Source: Podarcis gaigeae (lineage: Eukaryota). From it: DNA of 64,000 nt. Of the stretch, positions 51,220 through 61,300 are shown in pieces. The position numbers and the translations under genes were made by a program. Every line of letters starts with the position of its first letter. The first letter of the stretch is position 1. The stretch lies in NCBI GenBank assembly GCA_964106915.2, contig OZ066915.1; one strand, given 5' to 3'. The notes below the pieces were generated by a model that worked only from the letters and a program-made list of their open reading frames with translations, was not told the origin of the DNA and searched no databases.

Positions 51220-54154
51220 GACTTATATACCAACCTCCATCATATCAGGGTGGTTCACAAGGTAAAAATACAAGGTAAAAGCACAAATAGTTAAAACAAA
51301 AACAACAAAACAATAAACCCCTCCCACAAACACATTTTAAAGGCTTTAGAAGCATTTGGCAAAATTATAAAAGGAAGACTCAGAAGACCTAGTGGTGTCA
51401 GACAATGATTGCAATGCATAAACAGCAGCTTCTTAGAAAGGGAAGAGGGCTATGTTATTCCCATTCCTCTACCTCAATCTGGAGGTAGGTCCACATAGGT
51501 CCTGCTTGCAAACTTCACAAATGGCTGACCACTGTTAGAATAGGAAGTATTTAGAGCAAAGGACTAAATGGCCTTTTGGTCAGATACAACAGGGCTCATC
51601 TTGCACAGAAAGCCCCAGTTCAATACCTGGCATGTTCAGGTATTGCTGAGAAAGAGACCAGTCTGAAACACTAGAAAGTCACTGCCAGTCGGAATAGACA
51701 AAGCAGAACCAGACGAAACAATGATTTGACTATGACTGCACACATACTATACCTTTCAAGCAACTCTGAAGCACATTCTTTCCCTTCAGAGAATTCTGGG
51801 CATTGTCTTTTATCCCTCACATATTTATAATTCCCAGCAACACTTAACAAGCTATACTGCCCAGAATTCTTGGAGGGCAGAAATGTGTTTTAAAGGTATA
51901 GTGTGTATGTAGCTTTGATGTAAGACAGCTTCATGCATTCATGGACAAATTCTGCGGACAGCTTTCCTCAGATTGGGTTGTGCAGGGGAACAGCTGGTAG
52001 TATGAAATGTTTGAATCATATTTACATATGTCATAAACTAAGAGTGGGGGACCTGTGACCCTCCAGATGTTGCTGAACTCCAACTTTCCTCTGCCTCAGC
52101 CAGCCAGTCATGGATGATAGGAGTTGTAGTCCAACATCTGGACGGCCACAGGTTCCCCACCCCTTCCATAAACAGTCAAAATTTAAGATTTCTCAATAGG
52201 CGGTGAGCTATAACTGCATTGGAATTGCTGGAAATAAGCAAGAGGGAGGCTGATATTTCTTGCTTGCCTGGATGTCCAGTTTACTCAAAGCAGAGATGAA
52301 ATGCAGCAAGGAGAAACAGATGGGAGTGGATCCAAGCAAGTGGACAAGAAGCTGCTGCACAGGGGTTAGAGGAGCAAGAGAGATATTTGTGACTGAGCAG
52401 AAGATACAGAGAGTTTAGAAGGGATGTGTGATTTCAAACGGTTCTGAAGATTGGTTAATGAGAAATATTATGAAGCATTACTTGAGTACATGTTATATAC
52501 CTATTTTCCCCATGACAGCCTTCTATTATGAGAACTGAAGATCTGAAAGGAATACCTGAAGTCAACCAAGCATGAAGCAAGATTAAATGTTGTGTTATGT
52601 TTTCCTATGTGGGCTACAAAAACTATGAAGAAAATTAATGTTGTAACAGTGAATATTTTAAGATTATCCGCATTATGGCTACATCAGAACAAACCTTAAA
52701 ATTATACACATGTAACCTAGCATGAAGCCAAAGTCCATTGAGAAGGCAACATTGCCTCATGGCTTTTAGGACACTTATAGCTTCTGAACATTGTAGCAAG
52801 GATGCAGCTCTGACAAAACATAGTAAATCAATCTACCAATTAACAAAATAAAGTGAACAGGCAAGACTCTTCAAAGGTGTGTTACGCCTCCCTTTAAGTT
52901 ACAGATTAACTGTAAGGCCTCCATATAGCATACACCTTAGCTTATAGGATCTGCCTATCTCAGTACAAGTATATTCGAGCACAATATGTTTCAATGTCTA
53001 CTCAGAATGGGGTATCAAGGAAGCAAAAGCACCATAACAATTATTTAAGCCAAAATATACTTCAAGATGTACGGACTCAGAATGAGCTGATCAGCAATCA
53101 TCTCTTGTTCCATTCAAGATATACAAGCATCAGGCTGTGAAGGTTTTGGTTGAAGGAATGCACTCTTCCCATGGAGATCCACCTTCCATTTTGAGAGTTG
53201 TATTCCTTTTGTACACCATTTTTAGATACAGATGATTTCATAAGGTTGCATCCAACTAAGTTCTAATAAGAGTAGACCCACTGAAATTGACAGACATGAG
53301 TTTAGTAATTTCAGTGGGTTTACCCTCAGTAGAACTTAGCTGAAAACAACCACTGTCTCAATTAATTAGTCCTAGCTGTTGCCTGTAGGAAAGCTTTTAC
53401 AATTACAAGCTGCTTCTTGCTAACTTGGTTTCAAGACTTTTAGTTAATTACATTTCTATTCTAACCTCTCAGGGAAGCATGCATGGGCAATGTTCTCAAC
53501 TAGAGTATGGTAAGCAGAGATCAGCAGTGTTGAAACAGGCAACATTTGGTACAGAAACAGCATGTGACTACTGCTTAATAAGCTACCAACATGGCTTTAT
53601 TTGAGTGTTTCTGAAGAATTAAGTCTCATTTCTACACTGCTCGCACATACTTTCTAGGTGAATGTACTCCTGTGACCAGAGAACAGAACAAAGTCTTCCC
53701 CTCTAAATGACCACTATGTTCTGAATGGGAGAAAGGCAATTCTGAGTTAAAGCTTAACTATTTAATTGAGAATCTGAACAGGTTCTCTTCATGCAATGCA
53801 TTTTCCAGCATAAATCCTTACCTGCTGGGGTCTGAGTTTTACTGGGGTGGTGATGTCCACCTACTCCTGGCTGTGGAGGAGGACTTGCTCCTGCTTGTCC
53901 AGTACCTTGCGCTGGGCTCGTGCTGATCAGAGTTCCAGTAGGCAGAGGCTGGCCTCTTTTTAAGAGCTGCTTCTGTTCTTGTTGGCGGAAGCGTGGAGGC
54001 ACCTCACGAGGCAGGTATCGGGATGCAGCTGGCTGCTGCCCATTGGCAGATGCACGCTTGCCATTGCTATTGTTAGTAATAGTGCTGGTGGAAGTACTGG
54101 TACTGGTACCGGCAGGTTGGGGCTGGCTTAAACTGGTCTTAATAGGTTCTGGCA
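523..54154 (-). CDS. TNRC6C: TNRC6C (GW182 paralog), multi-exon CDS, partial at both ends
   Basis: The spliced translation contains [18 protein letters not shown] motifs ([38 protein letters not shown]), UBA-like [22 protein letters not shown], a Q-rich region, PAM2 [17 protein letters not shown] and LSHELWKVP. All visible exons have GT-AG boundaries with matching phases. Confidence 0.97.
2487..2700. repeat. Dispersed repeat with (g)ttgtatcca...tggatacaa(c) inverted ends; related copies at ~17137-17349 and ~49126-49301
   Basis: Shared core ctgctc.ggagggtt.ggggaa.ccc..a..cagatttggg in all three copies. Confidence 0.6.
4919..5035 (-). CDS. TNRC6C: TNRC6C Ser-rich cassette exon ([39 protein letters not shown])
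   Basis: ttctgcag|GG ... G|gtacga, 117 nt, symmetric phase 1-1. Matches an isoform-specific insert recalled from human TNRC6C. Confidence 0.88.
6119..10145 (-). pseudogene. Degraded Patched-domain-containing (PTCHD1/3/4-like) gene nested in a TNRC6C intron
   Basis: Collinear minus-strand peptide remnants: [13 protein letters not shown] (~10137), [12 protein letters not shown] (~9400), QTVNSEAFC and FSMVDIIPV (~8440-8660), a hydrophobic SSD-like stretch (8050-8410), [27 protein letters not shown] (~7540-7630), DFLEAW (~6940), [15 protein letters not shown] and [32 protein letters not shown] (6550-6880), [12 protein letters not shown] and [10 protein letters not shown] (6190-6330). Many stops, frameshifts and repeat insertions. 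Confidence 0.65.
7110..7223. repeat. Short palindromic repeat (actcagagtagaccca...tgggtct..tgagta); related copies at ~47245-47365 and ~53243-53352
   Basis: Direct similarity among the three copies, plus an internal foldback. Confidence 0.55.
11206..11349 (-). CDS. TNRC6C: TNRC6C exon ([20 protein letters not shown]...LLKSG), PAM2 core
   Basis: aaacag|AA ... G|gtagag, 144 nt, phase 1-1. Confidence 0.95.
11777..11968 (-). CDS. TNRC6C: TNRC6C exon (GAIPGG...SSINWPP), first half of PAM2
   Basis: gttctag|GT ... G|gtaaca, 192 nt, phase 1-1. Confidence 0.94.
13156..13381. mobile_element. Non-autonomous Tc1/mariner (Tigger-like) MITE
   Basis: TA-flanked, imperfect TIR (c)agtggtacctcgg. Shares internal aagaacggacctccggaa with the copy at 19815. 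Confidence 0.8.
13442..13609 (-). CDS. TNRC6C: TNRC6C exon (AGLNPNM...QSRLPQW...PSKH), includes the CCR4-NOT-interacting region
   Basis: ctcttag|CT ... G|gtatgt, 168 nt, phase 1-1. Confidence 0.94.
14251..14482 (-). CDS. TNRC6C: TNRC6C Q/P-rich exon ([11 protein letters not shown]...FAPYPL)
   Basis: gctgccag|GTT ... G|gtatgt, 232 nt, phase 0-1. Confidence 0.94.
14771..14854 (-). CDS. TNRC6C: TNRC6C Q-rich exon ([28 protein letters not shown])
   Basis: cttgcag|GCG ... CAA|gtaggt, 84 nt, phase 0-0. Confidence 0.94.
15792..16051. mobile_element. Non-autonomous Tc1/mariner (Tigger-like) MITE
   Basis: TA|cagtcatacctc ... gaggtactactg|TA; CpG-rich interior. Confidence 0.75.
16752..16899. other. 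Assembly gap or mask (148 N)
   Basis: Run of N. Confidence 0.99.
16778..16897 (-). CDS. TNRC6C: Inferred TNRC6C exon hidden in the N-gap (expected VQAQLLQFAAK...LYQLQL, about 120 nt)
   Basis: The spliced product otherwise lacks this ~40-aa segment (recalled from the human protein). The minus strand runs into the gap as the pyrimidine tract caccttttac, one AG short of an acceptor, and the 148-N gap can hold the exon. Coordinates are inferred, not read. Confidence 0.7.
17803..17949 (-). CDS. TNRC6C: TNRC6C exon ([10 protein letters not shown]...QVPQFLSPQ)
   Basis: cccacag|ATA ... CAG|gttaga, 147 nt, phase 0-0. Confidence 0.94.
18082..18217. mobile_element. Palindromic hAT-type MITE
   Basis: Near-perfect foldback cagtgatggcca...tggccatcactg. 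8-bp TSD GTTTAAAG at 18074-18081 and 18218-18225. Confidence 0.88.
19160..19669. mobile_element. Young non-autonomous Tc1/mariner (Tigger-like) element
   Basis: 22-bp TIR cagtggtgcc(c/t)cgcaagacgaa with 1 mismatch, TA TSD, repeated subterminal gcaagacgaa motifs, very CpG-rich. Confidence 0.88.
19815..20056. mobile_element. Non-autonomous Tc1/mariner (Tigger-like) MITE
   Basis: Perfect 19-bp TIR cagtggtacctctggttac, TA TSD. Confidence 0.87.
20712..20861 (-). CDS. TNRC6C: TNRC6C exon (DGGLVEEP...NLNSSRQ); alternative upstream acceptor at 20885
   Basis: caatcag|GAT ... CAG|gtaagg, 150 nt, phase 0-0. Confidence 0.93.
23444..23579. mobile_element. Palindromic hAT-type MITE
   Basis: caggcataggca...tgcctatgcctg foldback with a ctacaactcccatcatccct core. 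8-bp TSD GATAAGAA/GACAAGAA (7/8 match). Confidence 0.85.
23633..23690. repeat. (GT)n microsatellite with a central (GC)n
   Basis: 58 nt of uninterrupted purine-pyrimidine alternation. Confidence 0.95.
25985..26118. mobile_element. Older copy of the same hAT-type MITE group (similar relics near 25620-25740, 27110-27180, 32830-32958, 52040-52165)
   Basis: Shared ctccagatgttg..ggact.caa.tcccatca core and decayed inverted arms; boundaries approximate. Confidence 0.65.
26361..26506 (-). CDS. TNRC6C: TNRC6C exon (SALLEKK...DRPTFLDK)
   Basis: tttgcag|GT ... AAG|gtaggt, 146 nt, phase 1-0. Confidence 0.94.
26799..26856 (-). CDS. TNRC6C: TNRC6C exon, UBA-like domain ([19 protein letters not shown])
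   Basis: tttgcag|AGA ... ATGA|gtaagt, 58 nt, phase 0-1. Confidence 0.93.
27301..27381 (-). CDS. TNRC6C: TNRC6C exon, UBA-like domain start ([27 protein letters not shown])
   Basis: ttctcag|GGC ... CCA|gtgagt, 81 nt, phase 0-0. Not in the ORF track; read manually. Confidence 0.94.
28056..28225 (-). CDS. TNRC6C: TNRC6C exon ([11 protein letters not shown]...KKGLQK)
   Basis: cctacag|CT ... AAG|gtagga, 170 nt, phase 1-0. Confidence 0.94.
28853..29059 (-). CDS. TNRC6C: TNRC6C exon (GWGEMP...[11 protein letters not shown]...LCKP)
   Basis: NAGNAG acceptor tttcagcag|GC, donor G|gtaagt, 207 nt (210 with the upstream AG), phase 1-1. Confidence 0.93.
29146..29179. repeat. (TACA)n microsatellite
   Basis: About 8 perfect units. 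Confidence 0.95.
33028..33147 (-). mobile_element. CR1 LINE 3'-end fragment
   Basis: gaattgtagagttggaagg..ggtcatctagtc..catccaacctctgcttaaaaacctcca is the reverse complement of the CR1 3' terminus. Confidence 0.65.
37781..40366 (-). CDS. TNRC6C: TNRC6C large GW-repeat exon (Argonaute-binding domain); contains a 140-N gap
   Basis: Acceptor tttttcag|AC, donor G|gtatga, 2586 nt, phase 1-1. Dense GW/WG repeats. Internal ATG of MATGSAQ at 40148. Confidence 0.97.
39582..39721. other. Assembly gap or mask (140 N) inside the large exon
   Basis: Run of N; the reading frame is preserved across it. Confidence 0.99.
41511..41860 (+). mobile_element. Sauria SINE (Squam1-type), slightly 5'-truncated
   Basis: B-box GGTTCGAATCC, body ctagcagttcgaaagcac/aagtgcaagtagataaatagg, (ACCTTT)3 tail, CpG-rich. 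Matches the copy at 47816. Confidence 0.9.
47816..48175 (-). mobile_element. Full-length Sauria SINE with a 13-bp target-site duplication
   Basis: Starts GGGACGCGGGTGGCG on the minus strand, has a B-box and an ACCTTT tail. TSD TTCCACTTCAATA at 47803-47815 and 48176-48188. Confidence 0.93.
50590..51020 (-). mobile_element. LINE (L2/CR1-clade) APE endonuclease fragment
   Basis: Minus-strand peptides [20 protein letters not shown] and, after a frameshift, [11 protein letters not shown] correspond to the GDFN / THxxGxxLDL / SDH motifs. Confidence 0.8.
51167..51219. repeat. (TCTA/TCTG)n microsatellite
   Basis: Visible tetranucleotide array. Confidence 0.9.
51601..51940 (+). mobile_element. Decayed Squam3-like SINE interrupted by a palindromic MITE (~51733-51914)
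   Basis: ccagttcaatacctggcat..ctgaaacactagaaagtcactgccagtc..tagacaa..tgact resumes as taagacagcttc after an insert with ~29-bp imperfect inverted ends (actatacctt / aaggtatagt). Confidence 0.6.
53822..54154 (-). CDS. TNRC6C: TNRC6C exon, N-terminal extension (VPEPIK...[27 protein letters not shown]...)
   Basis: Acceptor caacag|TG, donor G|gtaagg, 333 nt, phase 1-1. The PREVPPRFR motif is typical of TNRC6 N-termini. Confidence 0.92.
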
Positions 54155-55968
54155 CTGTTGAAAATGAAATATTAAGAACACATTTATTGGGCGAAAGAAT
54201 TACACAACATTCTTTTAAAAACAACAGCTTAACTGAAAGTAGATCTCAGTCCACCTTTGTACATTTGTTTTAAATAGAAACTAAGTAGTTTCCCCCAAAG
54301 TATGTGTTATGGAAAACCAACACATTGTACATTTAAATGCAATCATTTTTCTAAAAAAATATTTATTGGCAACATCGACCGATTATGAAGTATGAAGGGA
54401 TCGTATGTGATGTGCATTTAAATAATTTTAGAAACAGGTCCCTAATCCATTATCATGTCATTCCCTAATCATGGCTCCACAACTAAAAAGGCCCTGTCTC
54501 ATATGCCCATCTGCTTTCTGCATATGAAGGAATGCAAGGCAAGGCTTCAAATGCTGATTTAAGTGGAAGGCCAGGGGCATCTAGGATGAGGCAGATTATT
54601 GAGAGATTTAGAAGTCAAAACCAGTATTTTGCATCGGACCTGGAAACAAATCAATAACCATCACAAATGAAATAATATATGTCCCATATTATATGCATTT
54701 TGAACCAACTGAGGTTTCTGAGCACTCACACAGAACACCTTATGTTATGATGGCTTAGAAAAACTTCATACAGCATAGTAACAGTTCATGCAGATAAAAG
54801 TCAGCAAATCATAGTTTGGTATAGTTTACACACTAGGTCACAAATGTTCAGGCAGGCCTAGGTACCAAGTTCTTAGAATAATCTCAATATCTTCTTAACA
54901 AATCACAATGAAGACTCAATTTGTCCCTTCTCATAAATGTCAAACTTCACCTCTTATCTTGTAAATCAGCTGCTGTTACATAGGTACAAAAAGAGATGCC
55001 ATTCCTTCATGCCCTGCTTCTCTGAACAATTACAGAATAAAAATGAGCTTAAGTATTCTACAAAATTCACAGCAGCCCTTGTGTTTTACATTCTTTTCAA
55101 CTTCATTTGTAAAGCTCAAAGTCAATGTGCTGCACTACATATACAGTACATTTAACACAGCCCAGGAATGTATACTCTGGGAATACAGATGAAATACAGA
55201 CTTTGTTTAAACCTCTGCAGCTGCTCAAAACTAGAAACATTTCCTGGGTTTTTAATTGGAATGAAACCAGAGCTAGATCCCCATTGTAGTAACATTATCC
55301 AAGAACAATGAAGTATCAAACAGAGAAATGCTTGTACTGTATTAATCCCCACCCCACCACCCCACCCCCTGTAACCTGCTAAGGTTAATATCTAGAGATA
55401 GAGGAAATCACAAAGTAATTGATGGGAAAGTGTAACATGACTTTTTTATCCACAACTGTACCATTAACCAGCTGATGCAGCAGTATTTGCTGTCAGAGTC
55501 AGGCTCCTGGAAAATTTTAAGCAATGTGATCCTATTAAAACAGAATGTGTGTGGGTGTTTACTAAAAGGACTTTGGGGAGGAAATTAGCTAGTTTTACTA
55601 CATTAATTACATTGCCAAATACAAATGTTTTGTACCATTTAAATACAGACATCTTAATACATAGTTCACAGAATTTTCTATTTCCTACCTAATCTGATCT
55701 ATTGGAAATCAGTTTCTTTTTTAAAGTTACAGCTAAGAATGTTATCCAGAGACAGTAGTCCAAAACGTTCGTGCAAATTTGATGTGCAACTTTGCTCTGT
55801 TGCCATCTTGCCTTTTCTACAACACTTCTTTCCCCCCCATTTATAATTTCCAGTATGCTCATCATGTACCATAGGGGTGGAGAACTTGTGACCCTCCAGA
55901 TGTTGCTGGAATATAATTCCCACCATCCCTGACCACTAGGCATGCTGACTAGGGCTAACAGGAGTTCA

Positions 55969-56108
55969 GCTGGAATAGCTCAGTTGGTAGAGCATGAGAC
56001 TCTTGAAGCCCCACAATGGGCAAAAAAGATTACTGCAGTGCAGGAGGTTGGACTAGATGACCCTTGTGATCCCTTCCAACTCTACAGTTCTATGACTCTA
56101 TGATTCTA
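55969..56108 (+). mobile_element. tRNA-Lys-derived SINE with a CR1-type tail, nested in a hAT-type MITE (~55872-56142)
   Basis: Head TAGCTCAGTTGGTAGAGCATGAGACTCTT resembles tRNA-Lys(CTT), with the B-box region deleted. Tail ttggactagatgacc..cccttccaactcta..(TTCTATGA)n is CR1-like. MITE arms lie on both sides. Confidence 0.8.
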
Positions 56109-57963
56109 CAAAATATGGAGGGCCACAGATTCCCCACTACTGTTGTACAGGAAACCATAATATGATGGAGATAAGTGTGTGATGTTGATAGCTAGGCTCT
56201 CAAGCTGCAAATTCTAATAGTTTCCTTTTGTGGTCCCAAAAGCCCACCTGGCTTAACTAGCTTAAGTCCTTTGTGGGTTGCACTGTCAGCAACTGTCAGT
56301 CAGGCACAGAAGGAGCTGCCCTTTCATGTGCATGCATGTGTGTGTACACACACACACACACACCAAACCAAAGTTTTTTCATATTAATATATGTTTGGTC
56401 AAAATCTCTCACATTCTGACAGGATAGTCTGCATTTGGGAATTTCAGATTTCCCAGTGTTTCCAGTGTACACCCTTCCTGGCTTTAATAAAATCAGAAAG
56501 GGTGACCAACATGATAAGATTGCATTGAATGTGAAATGCTGCCATGGCGGCTTAAACCACAATTCAAAAAATCTATCCATTCTTTAGGACTGCACCCCTA
56601 TGCGCACCTCCCTGAGAGTAAGTCCCACTGAACTCAGTGAAGTTTACACAAGAGTAGACATGCCTACAACTGCACTATAGAATACTCTTTAAGCATTTGA
56701 ATGAACTTCTCAGGTTTAAGAACTGCATGTGCAAGTCTGCACTATTTTCTCCTTCATTCAACCATTTGCCACATAATGAACACATCCAGTTGTTCTACAA
56801 CTATTATGCATTAAACCATTACATTACCATTGTAAGCTCTCAAGCTTTTACTCCCCAATTACTCCAAACAAAAATAAACCTTTCCCTTGTAAAATTTCTC
56901 AGGTTACAATCTTCTCTTTGGTGAAAGCCATTTGTTCACAGGAGACAGCACATCTTCAGGCTTTGAAACAGAAGGCATTGCATGTATCCATTTCACACAC
57001 AGTGAAAGGCTAGTGTTTATACAGGGAAGATATTAGAAATTGTAGATCTCTAAGCAGGGTTTTGAGACAGGAAACCAAAATTGTAGGACTAATTCGTAGG
57101 TGAATTCTGTATCATGCTAAATATTTGTTGTCTGGCTTTTCTTATTCAGACCTATTCACTTATTTATATCAGCCACGTGCACACATCCCAGTTATGATGT
57201 GTGCCTCAGACCTGCCCTCCAGATTTCTATCAAACATGTCACACATGCTAATCTTGCCTGAAGTAATGAGGCCAAACTCACTTGGTCTGCGCCTGATTCT
57301 CTGGCGCAGAGCAATTGGGAGTCTAGCAGTGAGGGGGTGCTTGTGACACAATGCAACTGGCAGCCCACATGAGTTATCAGAATGGCTGAAAGAGCACAGA
57401 GTGCTAGTCAAATAAAAATATGGCCTTGGGAAATCCACCAATTCCAAGCACTGATCTAAGGCAGACTTTGCAGAAGCTGCTGTTTGATTGTCCTGCAGGA
57501 GAAAATCTAGAAGCACTACTACAGTTAAGTAGAAAAGCACAATGACAACTGAGAAAAGCCAATGGGCCCCACAAAGAACCTAGATATGGTAAAGAATAAA
57601 AGCAACAACATGTTTTATTCGTACAGAGACAGCCTCAAAACAAATCAAAACAAAAAATTGCACAATGGAAAGGAAAATTAAATAGCAAATGGATTTGGAG
57701 GATAATATTAGAAGCTAAATGTTCCTTTTAAAATTAAGACAAAACTGAAGAATAAACAATTCAGCTTCTCATCAACGCTGTGCACATAGCTCCCATTAGT
57801 TTTTAAAAAGCAGAAAATGAAAGAGGCAGTCTTAAAAACTATTCAAGACAACCACTCCTCTGTTAATTCTCATTCAAAGGGTCAGTTTGGACATTATGCT
57901 AAACAATTATATGCTTGGAGATATGACCCCAGAGTCCAGCAGTGACCAGGACCCCAAATTAGA

Positions 57964-58366
57964 TGTTACAATGTCACTGGCTAAGGTTCCTGGATCTGGG
58001 CCTGGTGTTGATGGTCAGAGGACTACTGCACCCAAGGCCGGCAAGCAAAAACCTGCTGAACCAGTTCTCACAGTTTCAGGATCGCAAGAGCCAGGACTGT
58101 GGGGGTTACCTTTCCCCAGATCTGAGGAAATAAATGCTTCCCACACCACCTCACCAGTCCACAGCACACACAGCACACAAGGAGGGAGACCATGAGGTGC
58201 AAGGGCTTTAGGTCAGAACATGGTCCCTTTCAGAGACGCCAGTTTTCCAAAAGCAGATTGAACCTATGAGAAGGGGCTTAGAGGCAGAAGTTCAAAAGGC
58301 TTCAGTTCACTTCTAAGCCTTCCTGAAGCAAGTTGTTCACTAGGAAGTTTCCTTGGTACCGTAACA
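57964..58366. mobile_element. Possible solo LTR
   Basis: TGTTAC...GTAACA termini, ~400 bp, more GC-rich than the flanks, internal AATAAA. The TSD is poor. Confidence 0.35.
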
Positions 58367-61300
58367 ACAGACTCACCCTGCCCTGTGGGCTTCATCATGG
58401 GATCAGGACAAGATGGGACATATTGCTAAAACTCATGCTCACTTACACCCCATCCTCCTGTCTGGGGCAGCTGTAAGAAGGAGAGCAGAAGTATTTGCTT
58501 CCAGTCTCAAATGAACCAAAGTTCCTTATTACTTGGGAACTTGAGGGAATTCTAGTTAGTGAAGAAGCCAGGATCATATACCAAGGGTTCATCCTGGCTT
58601 GTTTAAATTAATCATAGTTTTAACCAGGGCATTTTTTCAAACAGAACTCAGTTCCAGCACCTCTCAGGTGGGTGCCATTGCCATTATAAGAGAACAAGGA
58701 AGGCATTCATGATGAGTTCCAGCACCTCTTTTTCTAGAAAAAGACCAGTGATTTAAACTAGCCATAGTTTCAATAATGGTAGAACAGGGGAGGTGGGAGT
58801 ACACTAGTCTGAGGCTCATTTGCTTAATCCAAAGTTTAGTCTTATGTTCAAAAAGGCACTGCACCTGCCTTTTAGACATACTTCTCTATAAAGTAGATAT
58901 GTGCCACTTCAAATACAGCTTAACCCACATTCAACACTTGCTTGATGATGTGTGCTGATGGGCTTTTGCAGCAAAAGTCCTTCTGCTTTACAAAATATCT
59001 GATATGCCTTCAAAGTATTTTGTTTTGCTTAAACAAAATTTAGCAGCTTGGTGGTAGACTCTGCTACTGCAGGTGACCTTTAAGGAATACACTTACAATG
59101 TATAGTATGAATTAAATTGACTGCAGTCCCTCAGGAAATGAATTTCAAGCCAGTCTTGTAAAGAAGTATTGCTGCTTGGAAGGACAGGGCTTTTACTCAT
59201 GAGATTCTGCACAGCCTGTAGTGAATTGCATTATGCAGCAAGTGAGGGAGGTCTTCCAGTTTCCATAAGCTATTCTGCTTTTTAGAGGTCTAAATTTTGG
59301 GTACTTACCTGTACCCAAAATTTCAATCTAAACATTCTCTCTTCTGATGAGCTGCCTAGCTGTGCTTGTGGAGGGGGGAAATAAACCAGTAGTTGCTATA
59401 GTATTTTAGTTGCCTTTTTGCAGAGGGCTTAGGAAAAAAACACCAACAAAAAACCTTTTGTGGTAGCTATTTCAATTCCACTTAGAAACATGGTTTGAAA
59501 GCACAAGGGGCTTGAGGAAGGGGCCCCATCAACTCAGCTCTCTGGAAATAACCTCTCCCACCAGACCACCCCAATGATTCTTGCAAGATGCTATTTAGTT
59601 TACCAAGGTCATAATTAGCTATGTGAATGTATGGGGGGAGTGTACTCTCCAAAACATTGCCCAGATTTGGGAGGGGTGGGACTTGCTCTCCTGGATTATA
59701 TGCATTTGGCAAAAGATTTTTTGTTTTTGTTTTTTGAGATAATAACCTTTTCCTGGCATAGGTTCAAATGAGATAATATTACAGTACAAGTTTGCATTGT
59801 CTACTTAGAAATCAAACTCAAATTAGCTCAGTTTTTTCTTGCTTGGTTGGTGGAAGTCTGCCAATGCTGAAGGTATTTATATTGTAAGATTCAACCAACA
59901 AAGAAGAAAGAGGTTGTGCCCATCAGTTTGAGCAAGTCTCCTCCCACAAGACAAACTCTTGCAAAGTAGCTCACTTGTTGAGTCCTAGGCCCAAATGAGC
60001 AGCAAAGGACAACCCCAAAATGGTCAAATAAAAACTTTGACACACACACACACACACACCACCACCCCATGTCACAGAAAGCACTCTAACACAGAGCTGT
60101 TCTTCTTCCAGTGTGATAACTGAAAAAGAACTGAGCAGGAAGTTATGAACATGGACAGTAAGGATTTGGCATGTGCCAAAAATCTAGCCTAGCTTGAGAG
60201 ATATGCCAAATGAGCTAAGCTATACACAGGTACAGAAACCCTATGTGTGATTGCACAGAGGGACCATGAAAAAGAAAGATGCCAGGTGCTCTTTACTAAT
60301 TTTCTTAATATGGTCTCAGATAATTGCAAAGTGGTAAAATGAATCAGAGTGGAAACACAAGTGTTCCTTGTTTATTTCTGCAAGTGATCTATAAATTGTG
60401 TTTCACTGGCCCAACAATAGTGTCATTGACACTTCAATTTAGAGCCTTTATTATTAAGGCTCTTGAAGGATTCAGTGTTATACAGGCAACACTAGCACAT
60501 CCGATCTCTACATGTGTATCCAACTCTATGGAAAGGAACATGTTTCTTTTTCAACCAAAGGGTAATAGACTGTCTTTAACAGTGTAATAATTATAACTTT
60601 TCCCCATGCCATATGAAACAGAAGCTAATGAGTTGGAATGGAAAGGAATTCAATGTCAATACATCTTTTAAACCTGGATCTTCTGAAACACTGATAGCAG
60701 TTGAACTTGTGTGTTTTTTCTGTGCTACTTTGCTTCTGGTGCGCTATTGCAAAGACGTATTTGATGGAGAAGCAAATACCAAAAAGGTTTCTAACCTATT
60801 AAACAATGAGATATGTAAAAAACAAAAATCCTACATTTCAACCTTAAGACTAGATTGTGCCATTTCTTTAAGAGCCTCTTAAAGGGCACGAGCAGTAGAA
60901 TTTTAAAATATGCAAATGTATTTAAATATAATCAATCAGTTAAAAGCTATAAAATGATTTAAAAAACTAATCAGTTGACAGCACTAGTTAGAAATAAGAA
61001 GGTAATCAGTCTACTAACTTAGAATTAATGTCCTCAAAAATATTTATGAGAGCTGATATTTTTCAATAAACTATAAAAGGATTCTGAATGTATCCTCACA
61101 CAAAAACAGCCCGCTTTCAGGTTCATTAAAAGGCAGGGAACCACTTAATAATAATAAAGTCTTTCTGCCAAAAATAAGGTTCACTTGATTATAGAATTTC
61201 GAAGAGAGGCATTCAGCTACATCACCAAGATAAAGTAAAACCTTAGACATCACAAATGGCTTGCTTCCAAATGATCCTGCTGCTTTGGGTATCAAGCATT

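Noticed and set aside
55975-56025. tRNA-Lys gene
   Set aside because: The T-arm/B-box is deleted and the sequence is fused to a CR1-like tail, so it is a SINE head.
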